A stretch of DNA of 64,000 bases. Origin: Paraspadella gotoi. Lineage: Eukaryota; Animalia; Chaetognatha. The stretch is taken from assembly GCA_051294375.1 (NCBI GenBank), contig CM119271.1, forward strand, positions 10,407,427 through 10,471,426. The letters are read 5' to 3'. The notes under the pieces are model-generated. The model had not been told where the DNA came from and did not search any database. It was given only the letters and a program-made list of their open reading frames with translations. Both the position numbers and the translations under genes were made by a program. Below, one piece after another: positions 24,503 through 37,527 of this stretch (its first letter is position 1; each line of letters opens with the position of its first letter).

Positions 24503-25589
24503 CGGACCGTTTGGGATTGAAGGCGCCGAAGCGACGAGAGGATGGAATTTTGAAAAACGGAACCCGCTTCATTCTAGTCATAATTTGGGTTTGTTTTTTT
24601 TATTTTTAACTCCAGTAAGAAAGTTGTACGTACACTTGCGGATAAAGAGACACACAAAGCGTCTTTCAAATACGAGGATTTTTACGTTGTCAACATCGTC
24701 ACTCCAGTAATAGAAAATATTAATAGTTATGCTACAAATCAGTTTTGGCTATTTTAATTTGTTCTTTCAAATAAATCTTATTTTTATAAATTTGGGAAAA
24801 TGTCATTGAGTAATTCTCATTAAAAAAAAAATTAAAATGGTGAATGACTATCAGCTTTTCAAATGATTTATATTATTTTTTACAATTATTGATGTTTGAA
24901 TCTTGCCGACTCTATATAGGACTTCGGAACATATGGTAATATAAGCTACTATGTAATTTCAATGTTAGTTATTATGTGTAGACCTTATACTTTTCGGGAT
25001 GTAACTGCAAATTTTCCGACTTCAATTTAAAGAAGTACATGAAAAAATCGCTTTAAATATTTTTTTATAATCGTTTAAAATGGAATGTCTTATTTATATT
25101 TAACATTTTACATAACTCATTTTAGTTTTAACAGTGAATGGCTAAAAAGATTCGTCATATGGATCAAATTTATATTTGCACTTGTTAACGATTTCTAAGA
25201 ATTAGCTTGAAATCATATACCCACATTCCCTTCCACCAAACTTTTTTCATTCTTATTACATTCAGATTATTATTTTTATGAAAATCCGATGTTTTCTATT
25301 TGATCTTTGCTCTCTATGATTATCGGGAAGGAACGGTACACAAACCAGCGTTTTTGGATTTTTTATCTAAAAATATATTTTGTCAGGAGCACCGTTTACT
25401 ATATGGTAAAAAAAAAAATAATCAAAAACACAAAATACTTACTTCCGCCAACCCGCTGGGTTTTTTTTCCTAAAACATTTTTATCTCCCCCATTTCTACC
25501 TTTCGTCTTTTACTCACATATTTTTTCCCCGTGATTAAATTCAACCCACTTTTTTTTTTCGTCCCAACCCAATTTTTTTTTTTTTAAGA

Positions 25590-26444
25590 ATGCGATCCCA
25601 AGTTCGGTGTTCCTTCGCTAAACTGTTATCGAATTCTTCGCCCAAGCGCCTGTCGACGGCGCCGCTGCAGCCGACGACGTTCTCCGCGCCGCCGCCGCGT
25701 CGCTTCGCCTCGACGAAGACGAAACGTTTCTACCAGGACGTCTCGATCGCCTCGTCGTGTGACTCTTACGAGGTTCTCCTCGACGGAAAGAAACTCAAGA
25801 CTCCCGAGGGCAACGTGTTGTCGGTGCGGAGCGAAGGCCTCGCCATCGCTCTCGCCACCGAATGGGACGCTCAACGGGAGTTCGTCGTCCCCAGCGTCAT
25901 GCATCTCACCGCCCTCTGTCAAACGGCCAACGACAACCCGAACCGCAAGAGCGAGGTCGATCTCGCTCAAGACTTTCTCAAGTACATCGAGACGGACACC
26001 CTCTGCTACCGCGTAGAGCACCCGCAGGAGATGTGTGCGCTGCAGAACAAGCTCTGGGATCCGCAGCTGGAGTGGTTCTGTCGGACTTTCGACGTCTCCC
26101 TCGCCGTCACCGATAGCGTCGTGGCTCCGACCGTGCCCGAGGCTACGTTAGATAAGATGACTCAGCACATGATCTCCCAGCCCCTGGCATGCCTCTTCGG
26201 ATACGTCTTCGCCGTGGAGAGCCTCAAGAGCGTCGTCCTGGCGATGGCGGCCGTTGACGGGGAGTTGGGGGTGGAGGAGGCCGTGCGGCTGTCGCGGCTC
26301 GAACTCGAATACCAGACGCGAGTGTGGGGAAACGTTGAGTGGCATCACGACATCGAAAAGTTTGATCTGGAGGCAAGGGTTGCTGCAGCAGTGCTCTTCG
26401 TCAATCTCATGCGGCACTCGGAAACGAAGATGTTCAAGCGGTGA
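25590..26444 (+). CDS. ATPAF2: ATP synthase F1 assembly factor 2 (Atp12), intronless
   Basis: KRFYQDV, LDGKKLKTP, EWDAQ, MHLTALC, SRLELEYQ..WGNVEWHHD; Arg/Ser-rich presequence. Confidence 0.95.
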   Translation: MRSQVRCSFAKLLSNSSPKRLSTAPLQPTTFSAPPPRRFASTKTKRFYQDVSIASSCDSYEVLLDGKKLKTPEGNVLSVRSEGLAIALATEWDAQREFVVPSVMHLTALCQTANDNPNRKSEVDLAQDFLKYIETDTLCYRVEHPQEMCALQNKLWDPQLEWFCRTFDVSLAVTDSVVAPTVPEATLDKMTQHMISQPLACLFGYVFAVESLKSVVLAMAAVDGELGVEEAVRLSRLELEYQTRVWGNVEWHHDIEKFDLEARVAAAVLFVNLMRHSETKMFKR

Positions 26445-26890
26445 AGGCGGTGGAAAATTGGTTGAGACTTGGGACGGTTGTGGCGCTGCTGTTTCGTTAA
26501 TTTGAACTGTGATTCTTTAAGTTATCGGCGGGGATGTACGTTTGATGTTTTCACTTTTTCCTCCACCTACAACTCCTTTTTTTTTACTTTTGTCATGGTT
26601 TTTATTTTTAAAAATTTGCGCCTTTTGCGCACACCTTTAAAGTATCACGTTGGAGGCGGTAAGGAAATGGCATAATAGAAAATATACAACCTTGCAAATT
26701 TGTTAGTTTTTTTTTCCTCAGAAACAATTTTATTTCCTCTGGTTGGAAAATTAAAAATATTAACAAGGAGCTACTTAAACTAACCCAAACTTTGCCAACC
26801 TTTATCCTGTAAATCGAGCTCGACTCTCTTCCGTCTCAATTCAAAGGCTTCCTCGCCGATTCCCGAACCCCGTCACCCGCCTTCGCAACG

Positions 26891-27271
26891 ATGGCCGGGA
26901 TCCGCGCTATAATCTCTCTCGCTTTCGGCTGCGCCTTCGGCATCGCCTTCCTCGTTCTCTCCTGCGTGATTCCGCAGCCCAACAACTTTGTCCCCCTCAG
27001 CCTCATCGCTTTTTACTTCGTGGCGCCGATCCCCTTTCTCATAGCGCGACGCATGAACGACTTCGGGTCCTTTGACTCGTCGACGGGGGGGTTGGAGGTG
27101 GCGCTCTTCGTCACCGTCTTCTTCGTCGTTTCCGCCTTCGGACTTCCGATCGTGCTCGCCCACACGGGGACCTCCATCAGCTGGACAGCGGCCGGGTTCG
27201 CCATCGCCGCTAACGTCGTCGTCTTCGCCTGCATCGTCGTCTGCTTGATCTTGTTTACCAGGAACGATTGA
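26891..27271 (+). CDS. LEPROT: Vps55 / leptin receptor overlapping transcript family protein, intronless
   Basis: MAGIRAIISLAF...APIP...VVSAFGLPIVLAH; four TM segments. Confidence 0.88.
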   Translation: MAGIRAIISLAFGCAFGIAFLVLSCVIPQPNNFVPLSLIAFYFVAPIPFLIARRMNDFGSFDSSTGGLEVALFVTVFFVVSAFGLPIVLAHTGTSISWTAAGFAIAANVVVFACIVVCLILFTRND

Positions 27272-27359
27272 CGGAATCCCAGGGGAAGTCCAGAAGAATG
27301 ACGATCAATCGGTTAACGTTTTTATCGGCGCTATGAAAACGCCAACTTATGCCGTATTA

Positions 27360-27730
27360 CACTGCGGCGCAAAAAAAAAGTAGCCACTTGTTAGCTTTAA
27401 ATGCCCTACTATTTATTTTTAATATTGAAAAAATATTTATAAAAAGCATAGCTTTTTAAAAAAGCTATCGATTGGTGCAAAAAAAAAAAAATAATTGGTT
27501 CAGGCAGTAGAATACATCAATACTTTAAAGTCAGTCTGAAAACGGAATTGGGGAAAAAATAATTTTTAGAAGTTAAATTAATATTTTTTTTTCTGACTGA
27601 TTATTTTTTATATAGTTTTCTTATTTATTTTAATTTGATTTAGGTTAAAATGGTTGATAAACTATCAGATACCTTACAGATGTTTTATAGTTAATTGTTT
27701 CAACCAATTTTATATTATAAATATTTTTAT
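27360..27730 (+). repeat. Interspersed repeat, possible Tc1/mariner-type MITE end (second copy at 36191-36475)
   Basis: Both copies start TA|C(A/G)CTGCGGCGCAAAAA and share about 280 bp (GCTATCGATTGGTGC..AATTGGTTC.GGCAGT.GAATAC..CAATACTTTAAAGTC). The other TIR was not found. Confidence 0.6.
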
Positions 27731-27760
27731 ATTATTTTCTCTCTTTTCGTTGCTAAGTGA

Positions 27761-27873
27761 ATATTAGGAAATGTTTATTGAGTGCCAATACAACGATTCG
27801 AAACAGAGTCGAAACATGTACTATTGATAATAAAAAATCGTTGTATTGGCACTCAATAAACATTTCCTAATAT
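27761..27873. repeat. Palindrome with perfect arms of about 38 bp
   Basis: ATATTAGGAAATGTTTATTGAGTGCCAATACAACGATT ... AATCGTTGTATTGGCACTCAATAAACATTTCCTAATAT. Confidence 0.9.
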
Positions 27874-28731
27874 AAATATTTTATAATGGGGAAAAGTTTT
27901 TTGACGAAAACTATTTTTTTTAAATTTTTGTACCATTCGATTTTGCTTTGCTCGATTTTATTGGAACTTGGACCAATCACTTTATCCTTCAATAAGCTTT
28001 ATTTTATGTTTTTATATCTTTGTAGAATTCAGCCATCCAATACAGTTATTTTTTTTAAATGTGAAAAAGTGGCTACTTATTTTTTGAGCCACAGTGTAAA
28101 TATTCAATAGATTAACCGCCTGAAACTTTTTTTTTCTGCTTGGTTATTCGCGTGCGCCTTTATTTCTTTGTAGCTTTTGATCCTATATATATATATATAT
28201 TTCGCTTTGTTACCATACACTTTGTGCCTTCCATCTTTTTAAATGTACATTTTTTTCCCTTTTCGTATTACCTGTCGTGAGCGTTGCGCAAAACGAAAAA
28301 CCACGAGCGACATCGTCGCGCCAAATTTTGATCTTCGAATCTCCCGATTTCTTGTTATATTATTCCATTTTTTCTACTGCATATATATATATCATGAATT
28401 AAAAAAAAATTAAAACGCAGTGTGACGCATATCCCTACGTCGCTTAAAAAAAAAAAAAAAGAGGGACGCGGCGAGATTAATCTGAGCCTCTGGGCCGCAA
28501 CATGAAACTCCATCGTCGCCTCCCTCTCTACTTTCGACCGAAGGAGGGAGGGACGGGGACGGAGCGAGTCGTCCGGACAAACTCGAGTCCATCGTCGCTC
28601 CAATGAGGTCGACGACGACGACGACGACGACGAAAAGTCTTCGCTCGATCTCACCTTTTGACGATTTATAACTCTTCGCGTTTAAACTCTCGTTCCCGCC
28701 GTTTGAAGCGGTTGACGCCGGGAAAAACAAA

Positions 28732-31700
28732 ATGGCGTCGAGCAGCGGCGAAGGCGACGCCGGCGCGACCGGCGACGGCGTCAATGCCAACCCGCTTTTT
28801 TCTGGTACGCTTGGGGGTGGGGAGATTCTGACGATTAATTTTAATTAATTAAATCGTTAATGAATTTTATAGTTTGTTCGACAATTTCGTTCAGTCCGAA
28901 ATATGAATTTCCGTTCATTCGCCCCGTTTTTTTTTTTTAAGCAATGAATTCCTCCTCGACCGGCTTCGGCATGGGATCCTTGATCGGCGGACTTCCGCTG
29001 AGCATCGCGGCGGCGCAGGCGTCCGCCGCGGGCGCCCCCGTCGGAGGGTCGGCCGGCCCGACCCTCGTCGAGACGGTCTCTCTCAACTACGAAGATTTTT
29101 CTGAAAGTTTTCTCACTTGCGGCACTTGCCTCTGCCCCTACGACGGACAGGTACAGACTAAAGAAGGTAAAGAGAGCAGCGATTTCAATCGGAACCCAAA
29201 ATCCATCTTTCCACGTATTTTTCCCCGCCAGACCCACACTCCGAAACTCCTTCCCTGCTCCCACACCGTCTGCCGATCCTGTCTGGAACGGATCGTCGAG
29301 GCGCACTCCCGCGGCACCAACACTTTCCGGTGTCCCATCTGCCGCGACACCATCGCCATTCCCGGGGGCGGCGTCTCCGCTCTTCCGCCATCCTTCCTCG
29401 TCAACCAGCTGCTCGACCTGATGCAGCGTCAGAGGCGCGACATCATTCCACGGTGCTCTACTCACGTCAACCAGGTAATTGAAATACGTATTAAATGGCA
29501 TATGTGAAGGGATCAAGGCTCTAAGATGCAATAGGTCAACAGCCTATCCAAAGTCTCGGGCAAGATAGCTATTTACTATTGACTTTATTGATAGTTTTTA
29601 TTTTGTTAGTACATACCAATTTTCTAATAATATGCTACCCAGGAGCTCCTGTTTTGCGAGACGTGCGACATGGTGTTTTGCACCCTTTGCACGAGCGCGA
29701 CCCACGGGGGCGGAGTCTCCGAACACACCGTCATTCCATTCTCCATCGCTATCAAGCGCATGAGCGAGATTCTGCTTTTCAAGGCTAAACAGTGCATGGA
29801 GAACCTCAACAAGGTATTAAGAAAGTGAACATTGTCATCTTCTTCAACTCGGTATACAGGTGTATTTTATGATTCTTCTAATTTCAAACTCCTTTCTTTC
29901 CCCCCGATATTATCGGAAAAGGTTTTCTTCTGTCAATTAAAAAAAAAAGCCTTGACTTTTCTAACTGGTGATTAGTTCAAATAGTAAAGCTTATAGATAA
30001 TTTGGCTCCGAATCTCTTTTTACAGCCGCTTCACCCTTCGAAGCTTTTCCCCTTGGCTTAATGGATGACGTGCGTTGAAAGTAGTTTTCATACGAAAAAT
30101 ATCTCGGTACATTAGAACGATTCTGTCTCTCAGGGATCTGGATGAGGCATCCTTCCTTGCCCTCTAACACGCGAGCTATTGAGTTAACATTTAACCCGTA
30201 ACGGTTGTAGCGACTTCGCTTGGTATTGGGAGCCGTAACTTATTAACAAGCAACTGCGAATGGAGAGCTTGTCGAAAATACGTGAGATCGCCTGTTACTC
30301 TATTTCCCACGCTCGTCTCAGGCTTACGACAACGTCAACGAAGAAACGCGCAAGTTGGACGTAAACACCGAGCGTGCCTGCGACAGCGTCAACACCGCCT
30401 TCACGGAATTTCAACAGTTGTTGGAGAAAAGGCGCGCCGAAGTTCTGCAGGTCTTTTGTTTTGTTTCACGTGTTAATTTTTTCTTTCAACTTCGCCGAAG
30501 TATAATCGTAATCGGAGTTTTATTTAGTTGATTAATATCATTCACATTATTCATACTTTTCAGTTGGTGAAAAAGACGAAGGACGAAAAGAAGAAAGTTC
30601 TTCACGAACAACTGGGTCTCATTCAATCGGAAAAAGAAAAAGTTGAAAGTCAATGCGAGGGACTACAGGTACACAATAAAATCTTCGACGATAAAGTTTT
30701 TTTTCTTTTTGCAAATTTTTATTTTAAAATGCTTCCTTTCACCGCACCTTCAGTATCAAATCGAAGTGCGCAACATCACGAAAAAGATTTCGGATTTGAA
30801 CGAAAAGTTGGACATGTCGACGACGCTGTCGGAACCGCGAGAAAACGCCTTCATCAGATTCGAGTACAAACACAACCAGGCCGTGCGAGATTTGCAGGCA
30901 AGTCGCTTTGTTGTGCATGAATTTTGAATCAGATTCTCGAATCCCTCCTTTCCGTTCCCTAAACCTTACTAAAGAACGCGCTGAGTTCCTGCGGTCGCAT
31001 CCGAATTTCCAAGACGTTCCCCGCCCTCTGCACCGCCGCCTACTCGGTTCCGATCGTCACTCACCTTTCGTGCCAAGTCACCGTCACCACCGTCGACTAT
31101 CACGGCAATCACAGGTCAATATAAAGTTTCCCGCGTTTTGAGAATAGAAAATATCCAAGATTTTTTACACTTCATTTTATTACAAATTTATTAATTATTA
31201 ATGACGTTGAACAATTTTGTTTTTAACGGGTAACGCTCAGATTTTTAAGGAGGTGTTGTCATCTTCCATAAATTTATAAACGTTATATATATTATATAAC
31301 GTTATAACGTTTTAACGTTACAACAGAAAAAAAATTTTGAGCGGAATTCGCTTTAACCGAATGGAAAAATTTCAATTCGTACTGCATTATGCAAATTGAA
31401 ATTTTATCCTCCGTTTACGAATTACTTCGAGATTATAAGAAAAAAAAGACTTGTGAGATAACGTTAGTTGTGAAGTTTTCCTTCATCAGACAAGGCGGCG
31501 GGGATCCCCTGGTGGCGGAACTGCGCGACAATCGCGGTCGCATCGTGGATCTTCGCATCACGGACAACGGAGACGGGAGCTACGCCATCCGCTTCTCGCC
31601 TCCCGTCGCCGGCAGCTTCAAACTCTGCGTCTCCATCTTCGATCGGCCGATCAAGGACTCGCCCTTCACTCTACCCGTCGTCGATCACAACAATCCCGTC

Positions 31701-34700
31701 TGGACCTTCGGGTCTCGAGGTTCGTTGGAGGAAACGACGAAACAGAAAAGAAACAGAAACGAAACAGAAACGGAAAAAAGGAACTAAAAATGAGGTTAAA
31801 TGAGTCGATTAGTAAATCGGGTTTTTTTTTTTGTTTTTTTTTTTTAAGGAATCGCGGATAGAAATTTGACGCAACCCGTCTCTTGCTGCATCGACCAGGA
31901 AAAGAACATCATTTTCGTCATGGATACTGGTTAATATAACAGAGCACTGTAAAGTGGAGACCAATTGACAGAAGAATTAATGTGGAATGTTTGACTTTTA
32001 AACGTAATCGATTTGACCGCGAGTCTGGCAACGAACGGCGGAATGTCGGGTCAGGAGACTATCGTCCTTTATACGCATTTTTTTTTTTGGGGGGGGGGTG
32101 AAGGGAACTTGCGTGATTTAGGTCTCGTTAAAATTGTTACCCGCATTGGAGAGAGAAAAGAGCGAGGAAAAAAAAAGTATTTATGAGATATGGAAGGTTT
32201 GTTAATAAGAAAATATAAAAGCTTAATGTATTTTTAACTAAATTTTTAAAAAATTCGGTCGACTTCCGCGATTAATTCAAGTTATAAAGAAAAAAAGAAA
32301 GACGGACAAATATAAACTTCCGGTTCGAAAACTCCTTCGTTTTTGGTTTCAGGAAATTCCCGCATTAAAGTCTTGACGGAAGATGGAGACTTCCTCCGAC
32401 ACGTGGGGCCTCACGGATCCGAGAATCAGTCCGCCACCGGCATCGCCATGAGCCCAAGGTCGATCCTCGAGTCTGGGTCTCTGATTTCCCGTTTTGCCCT
32501 TTCCTCATTGGTGTCCTGGCTTTTAATTCAGGGGGACAATAATAACGATCAATTGGAGGTCGAAACAAGTCACCGAATTATCTACCTCTGGCGATCTGCT
32601 TCAGCGATTTTCTCCCAGCGGTTAGTTGTAAAACGTTGAACTAACAAGCTCGATGAAGACTTCATCTATGATTGACTTCATTGAAGTGAGTCTAAATTCA
32701 AGCATCTAATTTAATTTGATAAACCCCCTCACAGAATTTGACGAACCGATTGCGGTCGCGGTTAATAGTCGCGGGGATGTTATTGTCGCGGACAACGGGA
32801 CGCCTAAGATCATCGTATACGATTCCCAGGTGCGTGGTATTTGTCAAGGCCTTTTCGGAGTTTTTCCTCGGGATGCTTATTTTTTTGATCGCGCCTTTTA
32901 GCAATTTTTTTCCTTTCGGCTCGAATGGAAAGCATGAATAATAATATTGAATAATGAATAATGAATATCAAAGCTAATGCCTGAATTGTGTTGAAAACTT
33001 TCTCTCCTTGACATTATTGATACAAATGCATTCGACTCGATGAACGTTCTAAAATAAAAGAAAACATAGAATTTTAAATTCTAAATTTATCAGGGCAAAT
33101 GGTTGATGTCTTTGGGCGAACGCGGCCGGGGTCAAGGACAATTCAATCTGATCTCCTCCGTCGCCGTCGGACCCCAGGATGAAATCATCGTCGCCGACGC
33201 GAGATTGCAGGTTGGAGGAAGTGGAAAAGGGGGCGTGGCGTCGGCTTTTGCATTCAAGATACATGTACGACATACATTGTTATGTATTACATACTATGTA
33301 GTTTAAATTGTTCGCTTTGTCCTTTTTCTTTGTCTATCAGGTCTTCGACAAATCAGGGAAATATTTAAGAGAATTACACTTACCTATGAGCTCGGAAATT
33401 CAACACGCTTCATCCGCGAATGTCTCCAAAAGGTTAAAAAGGGGGTCTGGGGCTTCGGCAATATTGTCCCGATTCTGATGGAATCCCTAGGATCGAGATC
33501 GGAGATGTAGAGACTTTGCTCTTGTAAATAGAGAATATTAAACGTGGAAAAGAAGAAAAAGAACCTTTTAGTCGGAATTAACGCGCCGACAACGACAACC
33601 ACCAACTCGGTGCCAACTTTTTGTATTAAATTAAATTCGTCCCAAATTTAAGTGCGGATTCCGATCGAAGAAATTGATCGATCGATCGATCGTCAAATAG
33701 AAAACAAGTTTGAACAAACAATATCGGATCTGCCTACGATAATTTAGCGGTAAGCAGCTTATCAGATGGGATGTCCGATGAATGTGACAAGAAAATTGTA
33801 AAGGCTGTCTTAGCCCTACCTGGGGGTCGTCTCTCCGTCCTCCTCCCACGTAAAGAGACTGACGTGCGCGTCCCTCGTCGTCTTCGCCTGAAGTTGGCGC
33901 GGCCCTGCTGGACATCCGCTCGCGAACATCTCCTACGGCCGACCGCCGTCTTGAGAGAAGAAGAGCTCGTCGACGCCGAATGAGGCGACGTGGCCCGTAG
34001 TCAACGAGGTCACCAAGATCCTCTGTGGTCTCTGGGTGGTGAAAACATAAATCCGTGGCAGTGGGTCAGTGTCTGAGCCCTTGTCCTCCACCAGTGCGTC
34101 CACAAGTCTATCTCGTCATCGAGTCTGTAGCCTCCTTGTAGGCCCTAAGCCCATCAAGAGACTGTCCAGAAACGGTGCTCTGTCTCTCTCGTGAAAAGCC
34201 TTTTGTGGACTGGTAGAAAGTCTGAGTATCTACTGAGGCCTATATAATATATAGTATATGTATAATAGTATAATAGTATATGTATAATATATAGTATATA
34301 TCTAGAAGAGAAAGAAAGTGGAGAAAATCTCCCAAGTAAATGCAGACAATGTAACAGATAGAGGGATGAGTATATTTCACTGGATTCCCCCATTTATCTT
34401 CCCCATTCTCGCTCGAGACACCTTTTCTTCTTCCTCTTCCGCCTCTTTTCCTCCCTTTCCCTTCCTCCTCATCGAGCGACGACAGAAAGAGCAAAGAGAG
34501 AGATTTTAGTTCTGTCTTGGGTTTTACTTCAGCTCGAGAGAGCTTCCTCTCAGAGAATATACTTTTTTTGCCTATTTTTTGGACTTTTCCTTTGACTTTA
34601 CTCATAGTGAGATAGAGATGATGGACCTACCCATCAATTAGTGTAAAATGAAGAGAATGATGTAAATGAAGACAATGAACCACGCTAATGTCTCTAGAAA

Positions 34701-37336
34701 AATTATTAAGTAAATAGGGTAGTGCGGGGTAATTCGGAACACTGACATCTAAAATTAAATAAAAAAATTGTTTAAAGATATTTTAAAATTTTTTTTGGTG
34801 CATTAAATATTTCACCAACTTGACTTTCCATTATTAGCAATTTCAATGGAGAGAAACTTTTAAAAATTCCAATAAATGTGTCTTTTGGTTTTCGAATTTA
34901 AACTCTTTTCCACTCCTACGATTCCATCAAAAATTTATATCCAGCTTGAGTCCATACTTTCCTACCCACACAAAATTTCATTTCAAATTATCATTCCAAT
35001 TTTTAATAACTATGATAATTTTGAGAAAATATAAGAGAAAATATGAGACTTGTTTTTTCTATTTAAACTCATTTCAACTAGCACGATTCCATTGAAACTT
35101 TATATCCAGCTCAATCACACACTTCCTTAGTCTTCCTTACCCACACACAAAAGTTCATTTCAATCCATCCATGACAATCACGAGTAATTGGAGTTTAATG
35201 CTAAGGCGAGACGGACGGACGGACATCATTTTTTTGCATAATTTATCATAATTAGATGTTCTGATATTATAATTATGAAATTAATGATTTACCGACAAGA
35301 TTTTGGGGTGGGACCGACAAAGTGAATTATAGAGTCGGAATCTGCTGATGAGCAGATCCGACTAAAAAAATTAACGATCCTAACTGAAATTGTGGTAAAA
35401 TCAAATTTAAGGTCGAACGAAATTCGCGTTGTTAACAAAACCCGATTCGCGTTTTATGTCTGGGATTCGTTTCGGGCAGACGGGGCGGGGACTATCTTTG
35501 GGAACATTAAAGGGAGTAAAAAAGTTCAACGAGTGCGAAGAGGATGACTTCGATGATCATTTCTGGGATCGAGAAGACTTTCTCGGGACGAATTGAATCG
35601 CACGAGCCTTTCTTTTTTATCGAATAAAAATTTTGTTTGATTAAATTAATTCACCGGAAACCACCATCGAAAAAAGTAAAAATAAAAAAATATTTTCATA
35701 AGCATAAGCAGTTCAATCTCCGAGATCTTAGGATCAAATGATTTTTTTTGGTTTTGTTTGCAGACAAAGAAATTGATTTATTTTCAATAGAAAACGTAGT
35801 ACGTTTCGGCCAATAAGTTGGCCTTCATTCGCGAAACATGTACGTTTTCTTTTTAAAATAAATTAATTCGTTGTCTGCAAACAAAACAAAACAAAACTTT
35901 GATCCTAAATTCTAAATGAAACGAAAAGACAAGTCCGACACAATCTCCGATATCGTAATATTAAAAAAAAAAACTAATCGAATAATAAAATAAAAAAATA
36001 CAATAAATTCAATTCACCGCAGACGGTCGATCTCCGGCATGCCCGCCTCCTCCTCTTCCTCCTCCACCACCGCTTCCTCCTCTTCTTCCTCTCACAAAGG
36101 AAAGTTCGGTGGAGTCTGTTGCGACGACGAAGGATTCGTCCTCGCGACCCACACCGAAAAAAAGGCGAGACAACTTCTATACAAATTCTACGCTGCGGCG
36201 CAAAAAAAAAAATATTTATATAAAATACAGATTTTTTTAAAGAGCTATCGATTGGTGCCAGAAAAAAATTAATTGGTTCTGGCAGTGGAATACAGCAATA
36301 CTTTAAAGTCCGAAATGGGAATTAGGGGAAGAAGTGATTTTTGGAGGTTAAGTTTATGATACTTCTTTTTCTGACTGATGTTTTTTTATATAGTTTCCTT
36401 ACTAATTTGATTTAGGTCAAAAATGGATATTCTGTTTAATTTGTTTTGCCAATTTTGTATTGTAAGTATTTTATATATATATATATATATTAGATACTCC
36501 TATACGACTATAAAAGTTATTTTAAAGGGTAAAACCGAATAAGTACATTGGCAATAAATAAATAAAATTATTCAATTGAAGAGACAGTGATAATTGTTAT
36601 GTGTCAGTGACAGAACCGTTCAATATAAGCAGTCCCTGAGCTTCGGATCAGGCTGTAACACCATGTTACAGGCGGGTTAAGCGCCCCGTCCCTCTTAACT
36701 GCTAGGCGGCCACCGGGCTAGAACCCCGGACCTTTGGGTTGGGAGGCGAATGACTTGCCTCCGGCACCAATGGCCGCTGATGAACGGTTGGTGGATTTTA
36801 GTCCACCATACAATTAATAAATAAGTACAATTGATAAATACAATTGACGGGAAGAAACTTTCGTCAATCAATAGTAAATAAAATAGTAAATAAAATGAAA
36901 AAATCAGTATTATAATTAAATAGCTATCATGAATAATTGAAGGGGTACTATGAATAAATATTAAAAGATAAGTACAATGAATATAAGGAATAGATAATTG
37001 TCTTGAATAAATGAATTAATACAATTAAATTCATTAATTTGATAAGCATCGATGGTGCCAATTTGATTCATGAATACGTATTATTGTATTCCACTTTACT
37101 GAGGATTTTTCAAGCCCTTTTCCGCCAATCTTTAATGCTAATTTCCTCCTCCCAAATCTCTCCAGCAGACGTCGCTGGTCCACGTTTTCCACCTCCACTC
37201 GGGCAAACACCTCTTCACCGTCGACTCTGACTCGGACCGGCTCAAGCGTCCCGCGGGCCTCGCTACCACGAGCGACAACCACGTCGTCGTCGTCGACCTC
37301 GGCAACGACTGCGTCAAGAAATATCGATACCGATGA
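28732..37336 (+). CDS. TRIM-NHL E3 ligase (RING, B-box, coiled coil, filamin, NHL repeats; invertebrate TRIM2/3-like), about 16 exons
   Basis: LVETVSLNYEDFSESFLTCGTC...PKLLPCSHTVC...CPICR; B-box FCETCDMVFC; filamin DNGDGSYAIRF..PIKDSPF; NHL repeats; ends DLGNDCVKKYRYR*. Most splice phases were checked by hand. Confidence 0.88.
33783..34356. mobile_element. Possible LTR-like fragment in a TRIM intron
   Basis: GC-richer non-exonic block bounded by TGTGACA...TGTAACA. No TSD, PBS or second copy was seen. Confidence 0.25.
34800..35257 (+). mobile_element. Possible non-autonomous Helentron/DINE-1-like (HINE) element
   Basis: Internal tandem duplication (ACGATTCCAT..AA..TTTATATCCAGCT...CCTACCCACAC..AAA.TTCATTTCAA), (GACG)n microsatellite near the end, and terminus ATTAGAT. 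Confidence 0.4.
35751..35887. repeat. Imperfect palindrome (arms about 50 bp) with a central hammerhead-like remnant
   Basis: GTTTTGTTTGCAGACAA...GAAAACGTA / TACGTTTTC...TTGTCTGCAAACAAAAC. The minus-strand centre reads AUGA-AGGCCAA..UUGGCC-GAAAC. Confidence 0.7.
36191..36475 (+). repeat. Second copy of the 27360-27730 repeat, intronic
   Basis: Direct sequence similarity to 27360-27730. Confidence 0.6.
36578..36810 (-). ncRNA. tRNA(Gly)-derived repeat family A copy 1 with type-P5 twister ribozyme (36628-36703)
   Basis: Minus strand: hairpin 36789-36808; 72-nt tRNA-like unit 36706-36777 with a perfect GCGGCCA/TGGCCGC acceptor stem; then AGCAGU-UAA-GAGG-GA-CG-G-GGCGCU-UAA-CCC-GC-CUGUAAC/GUUACAG-CCUGA-UCCGAAGC-UCAGG-G-ACUGCU. 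Confidence 0.75.
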
Positions 37337-37464
37337 AGAGAGAGAGAGAGAGAGAGAGAGAATAATTATCGCCCGTGTCTCTTCCGAGCCAGACCCATCG
37401 ATACCGAGTAGTACGTAACTTCTTTTATGATTATATAGCGTTTTCGCATGTAGCAATAATAGAC

Positions 37465-37527
<63 letters not shown>

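Noticed and set aside
35333-35363. Hairpin AGTCGGAATCTGCTGATGAGCAGATCCGACT containing CTGATGAG
   Set aside because: The motif is buried in a simple hairpin, with no hammerhead or C/D-box partner found.
36706-36777. Functional tRNA-Gly gene
   Set aside because: The anticodon stem and T-loop (GTTCTAG) are defective and the unit is embedded in a repeat, so it is treated as a tRNA-derived head.
36775-36810. CTGATGA followed by a hairpin in family A (+ strand), suggesting a hammerhead ribozyme
   Set aside because: No GAAA follows the stem and there is no stem I/III in either copy.
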